Source of the DNA: Roseburia sp.
Lineage (GTDB): Bacteria > Bacteroidota > Bacteroidia > Bacteroidales > Bacteroidaceae
Length of the DNA: 64,000 bases
Direction of reading: 5' to 3'
Assembly (NCBI GenBank): GCA_023665185.1
Contig: JAMPEL010000004.1
Location: forward strand, 10,489 to 74,488
Shown here in pieces: positions 41,429-50,641 of this stretch. Every line of letters begins with the position of its first letter. Position 1 is the stretch's first letter. The notes below the pieces were generated by a model. It ran no database searches and was not told the DNA's origin. It saw only the letters and a list, made by a program, of their open reading frames with translations. The position numbers and the translations under genes were made by a program.

Positions 41429-42418
41429 TCAATACTCAATGTTGTAATGGTTTGAGTGTACCGCCGCGAAAAACTGTGTACGCTCAAAAGAAGTCTCGTC
41501 TGAGATGTTTCCCGCATTAAGCTTGCCACGGAACTGCTGCACGGAATCATATCCGTGTCTGCCCATCCAATCTTCAACACCTGCAATCATGTCTTTTACA
41601 GCCGACGCGCCATTTTTATACAATGCGCTGCACACCTCCACAGTCTGCGCGCCTACAAGCAAGGCTTTCACCACATCACTGCCACTATGCACACCGCCTG
41701 ATATGGCTATATTTATGCTTGGTATGAGAGCCGAACAAATGGCAGTCCAACGCAAACGCTCACAAATATCAGCCGGTGTACTGCATATCTCCCCACTTAC
41801 CGGCTTGATTTTCTCAATGTCAATGTCTGTCTGATAATGACGGTTGAAAAGCACTATATCACGTGCTCCATGAGCATAAAAAGAATTTACAGCCGCTACC
41901 GGATTGGTGAGTCCCTGTCCAAGCTTGATTACAACAGGAATACTAACAGCAGACTTCACAGCTGTGTATATATCCACCTGCTGCTCCTCGAACGCACCAT
42001 ACACATAGTCTTTTTCTGCACACACAGACATGATGTTCAACTCTATGGCATCAGCTCCGGCATCCTCTATGACCTTTGCGAATGTGCTCCACTCACCCAA
42101 ACGTGAACAACAAATACTGGCAATAACAGGAATAGACACCGCCGACTTGACGCTCTTTATAAGGTTGATGTAAGTATTAAGCACATCACCTTTTACATAT
42201 TCAGCCAATGAATCAGCAGCCTCACCAAGATCACCGCCAAGCCATTCCTGAGTTTGCATTGCTATTTGCTCCTCAAAAATAGATTTCAAAACTATAGCTG
42301 CCACTCCAGCCTCTTCAAGTTTCTTACATCTGTCCGGACTTGCCGTAAATCCGGAACTTGCTGCAATAACAGGATTCTTCAATTCGAGTCCTGCAAATGT
42401 TGTTTTCAGATTTGCCAT
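41429..42418 (-). CDS. Dihydroorotate dehydrogenase-like flavoprotein
   Basis: TFAGLELKNPVIAASSGFT and a TIM-barrel DHOD-family pattern. Confidence 0.75.
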   Translation of the reverse strand: MANLKTTFAGLELKNPVIAASSGFTASPDRCKKLEEAGVAAIVLKSIFEEQIAMQTQEWLGGDLGEAADSLAEYVKGDVLNTYINLIKSVKSAVSIPVIASICCSRLGEWSTFAKVIEDAGADAIELNIMSVCAEKDYVYGAFEEQQVDIYTAVKSAVSIPVVIKLGQGLTNPVAAVNSFYAHGARDIVLFNRHYQTDIDIEKIKPVSGEICSTPADICERLRWTAICSALIPSINIAISGGVHSGSDVVKALLVGAQTVEVCSALYKNGASAVKDMIAGVEDWMGRHGYDSVQQFRGKLNAGNISDETSFERTQFFAAVHSNHYNIEY

Positions 42419-42501
42419 TTTGTATTATAAGTTTATATTTGAAATGTATCTATTCTTTATATTCTCTTTTATAAAGCAAACAGGAATATTGCCTATCGCT
42501 G

Positions 42502-43488
42502 TCAAATCCTTATACTAAAATTATATGGATTGATTTTATTATAGGCATCAAGCATCACATCCTCCATGTTTGTAAATTTGCCGCTAAGCTCCTTTCCTTC
42601 ATCAGGACTCAGCTCAAGCGATTTTTTCACATCGGCAGCCGCCCCTTCCTTATCACCATTCAAAAGACGCAACCCTCCACGAGTACGGAACAGTTCCGGA
42701 GACTCTGGATTCTGCTCTATTCCCTCTTCCATCACACTGAGGGCCTTATCGTTATTTCCTGCTTCCGAATAAATACGGCTCAGCTCAATATATGCCTGAG
42801 GAATGAAGGGATTCATGTCAATGACATTGCCATAGCATCTCTGCGCCTCCTCACTTTTTCCAAGAGCCGCACACACTATCGCCTTCTGAAACAACACTTC
42901 CTCGTCTGCCTCCGTATGTTCCATAATATAGTCCACATCTTTTTCCGCCTCCACATACTGCATCATCTCACATAATATTTGCGCTCTTAGAAGATAGGCA
43001 TCAAAGAAATCTGCTTTCGCACCGATAGCCTGAGTAACCTGAACTATCGCATTTATGCAATCTTTCTGCACCTTACACTTCTTTGCAAGCACATAATGAG
43101 GACGCGCCAAAGCCGAATCTATGTTCAATGCCTCATTACACCAATATTCGGTCTTTTCATAATCTTCAAGTTGAAAATATAAATCCGACAGTCCGATAGC
43201 CACCGACGCGTCAGCAGGGAGCAACTCATGCAACCTCACGTACTGTTCAACCGCATCCTCAAGTCTGTCGCCCGCAATCAGCACATTGGCAAAAGCACGA
43301 CGTATGTCAGCATCTTCCTCTATGGCAAGCGCATGTTCAAAACACTTTATTGCATAATCAGCCTTTCCCATTTTCAAAGCCTGCATACCATCATATTTCA
43401 GTATGTCGAAATCGCGTTTTTCCTTGCTAATCCGCTCATTCTCCGGAGTATCCTCCTTGCCTGTAAAAAGAGTCTTAAAAAAGCCCAT
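42502..43488 (-). CDS. Tetratricopeptide repeat protein
   Basis: Repeated 34-aa A/Y/L-patterned helices throughout. Confidence 0.7.
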   Translation of the reverse strand: MGFFKTLFTGKEDTPENERISKEKRDFDILKYDGMQALKMGKADYAIKCFEHALAIEEDADIRRAFANVLIAGDRLEDAVEQYVRLHELLPADASVAIGLSDLYFQLEDYEKTEYWCNEALNIDSALARPHYVLAKKCKVQKDCINAIVQVTQAIGAKADFFDAYLLRAQILCEMMQYVEAEKDVDYIMEHTEADEEVLFQKAIVCAALGKSEEAQRCYGNVIDMNPFIPQAYIELSRIYSEAGNNDKALSVMEEGIEQNPESPELFRTRGGLRLLNGDKEGAAADVKKSLELSPDEGKELSGKFTNMEDVMLDAYNKINPYNFSIRI

Positions 43489-43496
43489 ATCTTTAT

Positions 43497-45428
43497 TTAT
43501 TGTAATGTGTTTATATTTTTCTTTAGCCTGATATTGCCTGTGTCCTGCTCCAATTCCTCTTCCATAGCCATCAACCGCAGAGTCTCGTCCAGCAGTTCTG
43601 TTCCAAGAGGCAGGGCATTCAGTTCGTCAGCCTTGTGCCATTCTCCATCCGCAAAAAGTGCTCTCACCGCTTCCCTTGCATCGCACAAATCCTTTTCCGC
43701 AGGGCTATTCTTTTTCTGGCGCAGACACACATCGCACTGACCGCAGCCCTCTTCCGTCCGTTCTCCGAAATACTCCAGCAACATTCTGCTCCTGCATTTG
43801 TCCACAGAACCGGCATATTCTATCATGCTGTCTATACGTTTTGCATATTCTGCCTTACGCTCATCATAGACGGCAGGCGACAAATAGACCCGAGAAGTAT
43901 CGACACGGGGAACAGTAAAGGTAATCGTCGGGGTATTGCGCCGAGGAATATAGCTGATGACACGATTCCTGTTCAGTTCCTTCAACATATTATATATACG
44001 CTCGACCGAAAGTCCTGTCACATGGGAAAGCATCATTTCCTCGATATACACATAATCGGCAAAAACCCCAGAGTATGTACGAAGTATGGCATTGATAAGC
44101 ATATCCATCTCCGCCCCATTATTGCCAAGCCGGTACAAATCTTCTTTCAGTAATGTGAATTGCAATCTCGACTTGAAATCCTGCTCCTCGTTATATTCAA
44201 TATAGCCGGCATTCGTCAGCAACTTCAGCGCGCTGTCCGTATGTACCGCAAACTGTCTGAACTTCTTGCAAAATTCCTCTATACAGAATGCAAACGTGCG
44301 CCCTTCTCCCTCACCCTCTCCTACTTGCAGGAAACAACATACATTCTCGTATGTCTGGCACACATATTCTTTGTCAGGATAAGTCTCAGAAATACGCTTT
44401 TTGAGCTGCACCTTGTCTCTCGGATTATACAACAGTACGGCATATGCCGCCCCGCCGTCACGTCCTGCCCTTCCTGCCTCCTGAAAGTACGATTCTACAG
44501 AGTCAGGAACATTATAATGTATCACGACCCTCACGTCCGGTTTGTCTATCCCCATACCGAAGGCATTGGTCGCCACCATCACCCTACAACGCCCCTTAGT
44601 CCAGTTTGTCTGTTTCAGGTCTTTTTCCGCATCCGTAAACCCAGCATGATAGTTGTCAGCCGTAATGCCATTGACATTCAGAAAGGAAGCAATCTCGTTG
44701 GTAAGCCTCCTGCTTCGTGTATAGACTATGGCACTTCCCTGCGGAACATTTTTCAATATGTGCAGCATCTCTTCCGCCTTGTTCTCCGTATCTCTCACCA
44801 CATAAATGACATTCTTGCGCTCGAAACTCATGGAGAACACACACTTCTCCTTGAACTCAAGCTTCTCCATAATGTCATCGACCACTTTCGGGGCCGCCGT
44901 AGCTGTCAGGGCAAGCACCGGCACTGGATAAGGTATCAAGTGCCGTATGCGGGATATTTGCAAATAAGAGGGCCGGAAATCATATCCCCACTGGGACACA
45001 CAATGCGCCTCATCTACTGTAATCATGGAGATATGGCGCATACGCTCCAGCTTGGCAAGAAATATGTCGGATGCCAGACGCTCCGGAGACACATACAGGA
45101 ATTTATAGTTGCCAAGAATACAATTGTCAAACACCCTGACCACATCATCGCGCATCATGCCTGAATAAACTGCCGCCGCCTTTATGCCTTTCGCACGTAA
45201 CTGACGCACCTGATCTTTCATTAAGGCAATCAATGGAGTGATGACAATGCACAGTCCCTCACGTGCCAGCGCAGGCACTTGGAAACAGACCGACTTGCCT
45301 CCTCCAGTGGGCATCAGTCCCAATGTGTCACGCCCTTCGCCTATACTGCCGATAATATCTTCCTGTATGCCTCTGAAACTGTCAAAGCCCCAGTACTGCT
45401 TCAATATGTCTATGTATCTGCTGTCCAT
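43497..45428 (-). CDS. recQ: RecQ-family ATP-dependent DNA helicase
   Basis: MPTGGGKS, DEAHCVSQWGYDFRPSY, ATNAFGMGIDKPDVR, QEAGRAGRDG. Confidence 0.85.
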   Translation of the reverse strand: MDSRYIDILKQYWGFDSFRGIQEDIIGSIGEGRDTLGLMPTGGGKSVCFQVPALAREGLCIVITPLIALMKDQVRQLRAKGIKAAAVYSGMMRDDVVRVFDNCILGNYKFLYVSPERLASDIFLAKLERMRHISMITVDEAHCVSQWGYDFRPSYLQISRIRHLIPYPVPVLALTATAAPKVVDDIMEKLEFKEKCVFSMSFERKNVIYVVRDTENKAEEMLHILKNVPQGSAIVYTRSRRLTNEIASFLNVNGITADNYHAGFTDAEKDLKQTNWTKGRCRVMVATNAFGMGIDKPDVRVVIHYNVPDSVESYFQEAGRAGRDGGAAYAVLLYNPRDKVQLKKRISETYPDKEYVCQTYENVCCFLQVGEGEGEGRTFAFCIEEFCKKFRQFAVHTDSALKLLTNAGYIEYNEEQDFKSRLQFTLLKEDLYRLGNNGAEMDMLINAILRTYSGVFADYVYIEEMMLSHVTGLSVERIYNMLKELNRNRVISYIPRRNTPTITFTVPRVDTSRVYLSPAVYDERKAEYAKRIDSMIEYAGSVDKCRSRMLLEYFGERTEEGCGQCDVCLRQKKNSPAEKDLCDAREAVRALFADGEWHKADELNALPLGTELLDETLRLMAMEEELEQDTGNIRLKKNINTLQ

Positions 45429-45470
45429 AACTCATCGTTGATATGCCCGGAAACCGGGTATCCGCCGTCA

Positions 45471-47189
45471 TCACAAACTGCCTCTGATGTCTTCTATTTG
45501 CAATTGCACCTCGCCGCGTTTGTAACTGTTCTCCTCTACGGTGTACACAATGTCAAACGAGCTTTTTGTCTTTATATACCTCACTTGAGAACTTTGTCCG
45601 AAAGCAATGCCGTTCATCACATTGTTCGATTTGTTGTCCACAAGCTCAAGCTTGATGTGCTCCTGCTCACGTCCTACCACCTTGCTGGTTCCATAATCAT
45701 AAACCTGTTTCGTACAGAACATCGGATTGTGATTGTCGGGACCGAAAGGACGCATCCGCTTCAAGTCGGCATGGAACTTATGCGTAATGTCACGGAAATT
45801 GATTACCGCGTCAATATACAAATTGGCACTGGTCTGCTCCGGCTTTATCGTCTCTGTCACATACTTCTCAAAGCGTTGCTTGAACAACTCCACGTTCTCC
45901 ACTTTCAGCGAAAGTCCTGCGGCATACGTATGACCACCAAAATTCTCAAGCAAGTCGCGGCACTGCTGTATTCCCTTATACACGTCAAAACCGCTCACAC
46001 TGCGGGCAGATCCGGTCACCATGTCTCCTGTACGTGTAAGGACAACCGCCGGACGATGATACATCTCCGTCAGACGCGACGCGACAATCCCGATGACACC
46101 CTTATGCCAATCTTCATTATAAATGACTATGGCATCGTGTTCCGAGAGTTCCGGCATCTTTTCCACAATAGCACTCGCTTCTTCGGTCATCTGCTTGTCA
46201 AGCTCCTTTCGCTCCTCGTTATACTTGTTTATCTGCAACGCCCTCTCACGCGCACGGTTATAGTCATGCTCCACAAGCAGTGCCACCGATTCCTTGCCGT
46301 TCTGAATGCGTCCGGACGAATTGATTCGCGGACCAATCTTGAACACAATGTCGCTCATCGTGATGTCCTTACCCTGAAGTCCGCATATATCGACCACGGC
46401 TTTCAGACCCACACTCGGATTGTTGTTTAGCTGGCGCAAACCGTGATAGGCAAGAATACGGTTCTCTCCCATCACCGGCACAATGTCGGAGGCTATGCTC
46501 ACCGCCACCAAATCGAGCAAGGGAATAAGCGAGCTGAAGCTGATGCCATTGCTTATGGCAAAGGCCTGCATAAACTTAAAACCTACTCCACAGCCCGACA
46601 AATGCCGGTATGGGTAGGTGGCGTCACTACGCTTGGCATTGAGTATAGCTACAGCAGGAGGCATCTGCTCATCTGGCACATGATGGTCGCAGATAATGAA
46701 GTCTATGCCTTTCTGCCTTGCATATGCAATCTCATCTACAGCCTTTATGCCGCAATCAAGCACAATAATGAGCTTCACTCCTGTTTCGTGCGCATAATCC
46801 ACACCTCTCACCGACACACCATATCCCTCCTCATAGCGGTCAGGAATATAGTAGTCGATATTTGAATAGAATTGTTGCAGGAATCTGTACACCAATGCCA
46901 CAGCCGTACATCCGTCCACATCATAGTCACCATACACAAGGATTCTTTCCTTTCTGCCCATTGCCATGTTTAGCCGTTCCACGGCCTTGTCCATATCGCG
47001 CATCAGAAAAGGGTCATGCAGTTCATGTAACTGGGGACGGAAGAATTTCTTCAGCTCCGCAGCATCAGAGATTCCTCTCCGGATAAGCATACCGCATAGT
47101 ATAGGACTTACCCCGGTTGCTTCCGACAATTTTTCAGCCGCATCCTTCTGTTCTTGTGTGGGTGTTTCTAAATTCCATTTGTAATTCAT
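45471..47189 (-). CDS. recJ: Single-stranded-DNA-specific exonuclease RecJ
   Basis: DHH motifs (GDYDVDG, DHH at ICDHH) and a DHHA1 GGH motif. Confidence 0.9.
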   Translation of the reverse strand: MNYKWNLETPTQEQKDAAEKLSEATGVSPILCGMLIRRGISDAAELKKFFRPQLHELHDPFLMRDMDKAVERLNMAMGRKERILVYGDYDVDGCTAVALVYRFLQQFYSNIDYYIPDRYEEGYGVSVRGVDYAHETGVKLIIVLDCGIKAVDEIAYARQKGIDFIICDHHVPDEQMPPAVAILNAKRSDATYPYRHLSGCGVGFKFMQAFAISNGISFSSLIPLLDLVAVSIASDIVPVMGENRILAYHGLRQLNNNPSVGLKAVVDICGLQGKDITMSDIVFKIGPRINSSGRIQNGKESVALLVEHDYNRARERALQINKYNEERKELDKQMTEEASAIVEKMPELSEHDAIVIYNEDWHKGVIGIVASRLTEMYHRPAVVLTRTGDMVTGSARSVSGFDVYKGIQQCRDLLENFGGHTYAAGLSLKVENVELFKQRFEKYVTETIKPEQTSANLYIDAVINFRDITHKFHADLKRMRPFGPDNHNPMFCTKQVYDYGTSKVVGREQEHIKLELVDNKSNNVMNGIAFGQSSQVRYIKTKSSFDIVYTVEENSYKRGEVQLQIEDIRGSL

Positions 47190-47748
47190 TATATATGTTC
47201 TTATTTTACTTACTTCTCATTAATGGTCTGGTGCAATGGAAAACGTGTCAAGCCATATACTATTGGTTACATCCACATCATTTTTATCGTTCAAGAACAA
47301 TAAACAGATGACTATGAACACACTGCTGTCCGCCATGCATAATTCCACATACCGGAAAACGCGCAACACACCATTATAGTTTGTAAAGGTAGAAAAAAAG
47401 AGCTTACGGTATATTTAGCTCCGCGTTAATTTTATAAAAAAACTTATTTTACGGAGTCAATAAATGCCTGAAAGCATGAATAATACTCCAGTTAATGCTT
47501 ATGATTTATACAACATTTTTCGCTCCAATCAGGATGTGCCCATATAGGAATATCTGTCATCTCAATTGAATTGCGATGTATTTGCTGAATAGTTACAAAG
47601 TTCCTCAAATTCCATCTTGATCATAAAATTAAAGATTATAATCGCTGTGCAACTTTGCATAACGCAAAATTACAACCAGATTACAATTTCCCAAAGGTGT
47701 ACTTCAATAAGTGCTTACACTTCAGTTAATGTTTACGTTAATGTTTAC

Positions 47749-47796
47749 CACTCACAAAAATAGCCGCCCATTTATGGACGGCTATTTTTGTGAGTG
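47749..47796 (-). terminator. Long perfect hairpin downstream of the island operon (possible terminator or boundary)
   Basis: 18-bp perfect stem cactcacaaaaatagccg / cggctatttttgtgagtg with a 12-nt loop. There is no clean external U-run, so its function is uncertain. Confidence 0.45.
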
Positions 47797-47851
47797 CCAA
47801 CCTGCTATTGCGGACGGTTATACGAATGTAATCGATGTCAGGGATTTGTTA

Positions 47852-48193
47852 TTATATAGTTCTATCAAAATCCTTTTTGATACCCGCAAAATTACGAACA
47901 ATGTCGTAAATCATCACTTCATTGGCATCGATATTTTCATCAACAACTATCATGTTTGCCATAAGATCTGCGAAATATTCCTTTTGTTCTTCGTCAAACA
48001 TTTTGACTTGCGCTAATGCCATTAGTGAATTTTTGTCATCTACATCTTTGCGAGAATCATCTTGCATCTGAAACTTTTCTTTCAACTGATTGAAATAAAA
48101 CATTTCTCGGGCATCAATACGACCATCAGCTTGGATAATATCCAATAAGATGCGCATTATTGCTATTTTTTGCTGATAATTAAATGTATTCAT
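47852..48193 (-). CDS. TerB-like small protein (island gene 4)
   Basis: Two TerB-type helical pairs: ILLDIIQADGRIDAREMFYF and LMANMIVVDENIDANEVMIY. The start is 5 nt after the upstream stop. Confidence 0.65.
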   Translation of the reverse strand: MNTFNYQQKIAIMRILLDIIQADGRIDAREMFYFNQLKEKFQMQDDSRKDVDDKNSLMALAQVKMFDEEQKEYFADLMANMIVVDENIDANEVMIYDIVRNFAGIKKDFDRTI

Positions 48194-48198
48194 ATATG

Positions 48199-49452
48199 TT
48201 ACTTCTTTTTGTTCTTAGCCATACGTTTCTTTTCCATCTCTGGATCAAATCCGTATAAAGCGATGACGTCTTTTACATTTTTGTCAAACTTTCTCACAGT
48301 TTCATATCCAAGAGATAATTTCTTCTCATAATCTTCGTTGTCATAGACAGGACAAACATCAGCTTTCCCCTTACCCTTCTGCTTTTTTCTCATCCACAAA
48401 ATAGGAAGTTTGCAGGCTGTAACATCATCTATGCCATCTTTTGGAGCTGATGGGGTAACAGTAACATTCTTCTTAAAGAATGCCAAGTCTGCAGCTTCAT
48501 AGAATGCGTCGTAAGTCTTATCATATCCTAAAGTAATACCAAGAAGATAAACTGCCACAGAACATTCAAAGCCTCCAATTGTCTTAGCATAAGAGATAAC
48601 TTTTTCGCTTGGCCTATGATCCATTCCATTAGAGAATTTATCCTTTAGGAATAAGAACAATGGCGCAGCTATTGCAAATTTACATCCTGAGACTCGCTCA
48701 GTCTGATGAGACAAAGGCGAAGCTTCTACTAATTTATAAAGAGACGCATACTGTGGATCTTTACATGATATAAGTTGCAGATAAATCTGAGTAGATTCTG
48801 CAACTTCACCATCAAGTTCTTGTTTCTTTAAGAAGTTACAGTACACGTGTATAAAATCGCAGAAAAATCCTATCATATTTTTGGGATAAAAGCTATGGCG
48901 CTCATATCTAAGTAAGTATGTCCAAATAGACAAATCACCAAAAGGACGTTCGTTCGCATATAACTGGCGGAACACTTCTTGGACTGATTCGGGAGTAATT
49001 ATTTCTTCACATTTCTCACGATCCTCCTCAGGCAAATCAAATATTAACCAAAGGTTGTCTATCCCGCGCATGCATTGTTTAATATATAAACTCTGTTGAA
49101 GTTTCTCAAATTTATCCACCCAAGGTGATACATGAAGCTGGATACGCGGATCAAAAGAAATCGACATTTCCTTTTTTGCTTCTTCATCAAAAGTATACAC
49201 ACCACGAACATTTCTAATATCTATCTCGATATATAAACCATTACATTCTTCTGCAATAAAATGAACTATCAAGTACTCAAAAGAGTACCCATACATATTT
49301 ATTCTTGAAGTGAGAGCATCAAATAGTTCTTCGTCATTTGCATGCTCTGATACTAATCCATCAAATGGTACAGCATAGCTAATACGGAACTGACCATATT
49401 TAAATAAGTCGACAAAATCTAACTTACGTATTATTGCTAAGTAATCTTTCAT
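48199..49452 (-). CDS. Orphan 417-aa protein (island gene 3), no recognisable motif
   Basis: Long AT-rich ORF. Start chosen at ATG 49452 because the junction TAATTATG repeats the junction of the preceding gene pair. An alternative ATG is at 49467. Lys-rich C-terminus. Confidence 0.6.
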   Translation of the reverse strand: MKDYLAIIRKLDFVDLFKYGQFRISYAVPFDGLVSEHANDEELFDALTSRINMYGYSFEYLIVHFIAEECNGLYIEIDIRNVRGVYTFDEEAKKEMSISFDPRIQLHVSPWVDKFEKLQQSLYIKQCMRGIDNLWLIFDLPEEDREKCEEIITPESVQEVFRQLYANERPFGDLSIWTYLLRYERHSFYPKNMIGFFCDFIHVYCNFLKKQELDGEVAESTQIYLQLISCKDPQYASLYKLVEASPLSHQTERVSGCKFAIAAPLFLFLKDKFSNGMDHRPSEKVISYAKTIGGFECSVAVYLLGITLGYDKTYDAFYEAADLAFFKKNVTVTPSAPKDGIDDVTACKLPILWMRKKQKGKGKADVCPVYDNEDYEKKLSLGYETVRKFDKNVKDVIALYGFDPEMEKKRMAKNKKK

Positions 49453-49454
49453 AA

Positions 49455-50639
49455 TTAGAAGCCCCAAGTACTATTACCTCCAAATGATGGAGTTTGTATT
49501 GTTGAAGAAATATCTATCTGAGAGCAATTTGATTTGAATGCGTCTAGATAATCGCTAGGACAACCATTATAGGTGATATAGAGATTCTTACGAGTTCGGG
49601 TCATTGCAACCATAAACAAAGTCTTAGCCAATGAATCATTAGGGCTAATATACATGCTTGCATTCGCATATGGTATAAATACGTTTTCAAAGTCAAGACT
49701 TTTGGCACTATGAAATGTCATGATAATGATTCGATGATCATTTTCATCAAAGCTACCATATCCATTACCTATATATTGCATTTTTATACCATTTCTGCGC
49801 AAATGAGAGTTCATTGCACCAAAATCAATTCTTCCCCAGTTGTTTGTTGTTTCAACCCATTCCGGCTTGCCAGCATCACTAAGCGCTTGATTCACGAATT
49901 TAATAATCTTTTGAGCTGTAGGTATAAGAACTGCTGTTGAATCTCCAACATTCACTGCTTTAGTTGCTTGTTCCATTATATATTTTACCTCTTTTGCTTC
50001 AGAAGGTGCGGTACAAAGACGTATTTGCGTATCATCCTTGGTCATATCCCTCTTTGAAGAAAAAATATTCATTCGAGGTAAGAAACGTTGAACAGCATCA
50101 ATAATAGAGCGTGATAATCTATGAATGATGCCCAATTCATAAGGTTCGCCATTAATTAGACGTCCTATTTGCGATGGTGTAACTGTTGCTTCTCTCCAAC
50201 GAGGATCGCTATCATAGATAGATTGATTAGAGTCTCCTGCTACAATTATATTTGAACCGCGAGCATTCATTTCGCAAATAACACGTGGTATCAAATCTTG
50301 TACCTCATCACAAAGAATATAATCATAGTTAGAGCTACCCTTCATAAAACCGTAATACGTATCAATTGTTACTTTCGAATCAAGGCCTAGCTCCTTAAAG
50401 TCTGCCTTAAACATTTCTACAAGTGATTTTGTAAATACAACAACCAAAATACTGGAATCGGGGTTCTTCGCAAGGATTGTCTTTGCTGCATACGCAAGCA
50501 AGACGGACTTTCCAGAACCAGCAAATCCTTGAATCCATTGGTTGCGAAAACTTGTACTATAATTGTTAACAAATGCGCTGACTTTGTCAAGAAAGGCCTG
50601 CTGTTGTGGGTCTAACCTGTTAATTGGAGGAATGTGCAT
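49455..50639 (-). CDS. Compact SF1 (UvrD/Rep-like) helicase-family ATPase (island gene 2)
   Basis: Motif I GFAGSGKS, II CDEVQD, III VAGDSNQSIY, V FHSAKSLDFENVF, VI VAMTRTRKNLYI. Confidence 0.75.
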   Translation of the reverse strand: MHIPPINRLDPQQQAFLDKVSAFVNNYSTSFRNQWIQGFAGSGKSVLLAYAAKTILAKNPDSSILVVVFTKSLVEMFKADFKELGLDSKVTIDTYYGFMKGSSNYDYILCDEVQDLIPRVICEMNARGSNIIVAGDSNQSIYDSDPRWREATVTPSQIGRLINGEPYELGIIHRLSRSIIDAVQRFLPRMNIFSSKRDMTKDDTQIRLCTAPSEAKEVKYIMEQATKAVNVGDSTAVLIPTAQKIIKFVNQALSDAGKPEWVETTNNWGRIDFGAMNSHLRRNGIKMQYIGNGYGSFDENDHRIIIMTFHSAKSLDFENVFIPYANASMYISPNDSLAKTLFMVAMTRTRKNLYITYNGCPSDYLDAFKSNCSQIDISSTIQTPSFGGNSTWGF

Positions 50640-50641
50640 AA

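Noticed and set aside
45279-46430. 383-aa plus-strand ORF
   Set aside because: It is antisense to recQ and recJ and crosses their intergenic gap. No motifs; shadow ORF.
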